Origin: Candidatus Aminicenantes bacterium
Lineage (GTDB): Bacteria; Acidobacteriota; Aminicenantia; Aminicenantales; UBA4085
DNA: 32,000 nucleotides
Direction: 5' to 3'
Assembly (NCBI GenBank): GCA_017883285.1
Contig: JADGNV010000147.1
Span: 1-32,000, forward strand
Made by a program: the position numbers and the translations under genes. Under the pieces are notes generated by a model that was given only the letters and a program-made list of their open reading frames with translations, was not told where the DNA came from and ran no database searches. Positions 31,593-32,000 of this stretch are shown here, one piece after another (position 1 is the first letter of the stretch; the number at the start of each line of letters is the position of its first letter).

Positions 31593-31609
31593 CGGAATAT
31601 CGCTATATA
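31581..31609 (+). promoter_or_regulatory. strong sigma70-like promoter candidate for hppA
   Basis: TTGACA (31581-31586), 17 nt, TATATA (31604-31609). GGAGG at 31626-31630 precedes the ATG at 31635. Confidence 0.6.
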
Positions 31610-31634
31610 GTCAAGCTAAATATACGGAGGCACC

Positions 31635-32000
31635 ATGAACATACTCGGTCTCGCCAGCCGTCACGGCCTGAGCGGCTTCGAGCAAATCGCCATCCTGGGC
31701 GTCGTTACGACCGCCTTCATCAGCCTGCTGTACGCCTGGCTCCTGCGCAACAACGTCATGAAAAAGGACAAGGGCACGGCTAAAATGCAGGAAGTCTGGA
31801 ACGCGATCCGCGTCGGCGCGGACAGCTATCTGAGCCGCCAGCTGAAAACGATCCTGCCCGTCATCGGGGCCCTGACGTTCGTCCTGTTCATGAGCGTCTA
31901 CATCGTCCCGCCGAGCGCCGAGGCCACTCAGGAGTTCGGAGCCAGCGCCACGATCATCATCGCCATCGGCCGGACGCTGGCCTTCATCCTCGGCGCCACG
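31635..32000 (+). CDS. hppA: membrane-bound proton/sodium-translocating pyrophosphatase, N-terminal part (runs off the window)
   Basis: MNILGLASRHGLSGFEQIAILGVVTTAFISLLYAWLLRNNVMKKDKGTAKMQEVWNAIRVGADSYLSRQ is the typical HppA N-terminus. Confidence 0.85.
   Translation, partial: MNILGLASRHGLSGFEQIAILGVVTTAFISLLYAWLLRNNVMKKDKGTAKMQEVWNAIRVGADSYLSRQLKTILPVIGALTFVLFMSVYIVPPSAEATQEFGASATIIIAIGRTLAFILGAT

Overview
GC-rich bacterial chromosomal window; the phylum cannot be determined from the sequence alone. From 1 to 13.5 kb the genes look core-like: a secreted M28 peptidase, a secreted PI3/PI4-kinase-like protein, a permease with a small membrane ORF, an M14-like deacylase, DUF1015, an SH3/beta-barrel protein, a pgsB-pgsC-accessory poly-gamma-glutamate operon and a decayed GH31 gene. 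From 13.6 to 24.7 kb the region is accessory. A visibly AT-richer block (about 13.9-23.2 kb) is bracketed almost exactly by two ~111-bp imperfect direct repeats. It carries five plus-strand genes: a TIR-domain protein, an unknown 196-aa protein, a complete Type IIG restriction-modification enzyme, an Mrr-type nuclease / P-loop NTPase fusion whose start overlaps the Type IIG stop, and a DUF4365 nuclease-like protein. These are followed by decayed DUF4160 and transposase fragments, a brnTA locus whose toxin has an in-frame TAA, and hicAB. From 24.7 to 32 kb come an rlmN-like gene, flavodoxin, a HAD hydrolase, TVP38, IS91-like transposase remnants with a local inversion, an XRE/membrane/CocE-NonD operon and the 5' part of hppA. 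The best candidate for an undescribed system is the coupled Type IIG enzyme + nuclease-NTPase pair (15.2-21.1 kb), possibly with the upstream 196-aa and TIR genes. Several ORFs (GH31, CocE/NonD, brnT, DUF4160, transposases) look degraded. Many long ORFs in the six-frame track are GC-driven antisense or alternative-frame artefacts. All product calls rest on motif recognition by eye, with no database search.
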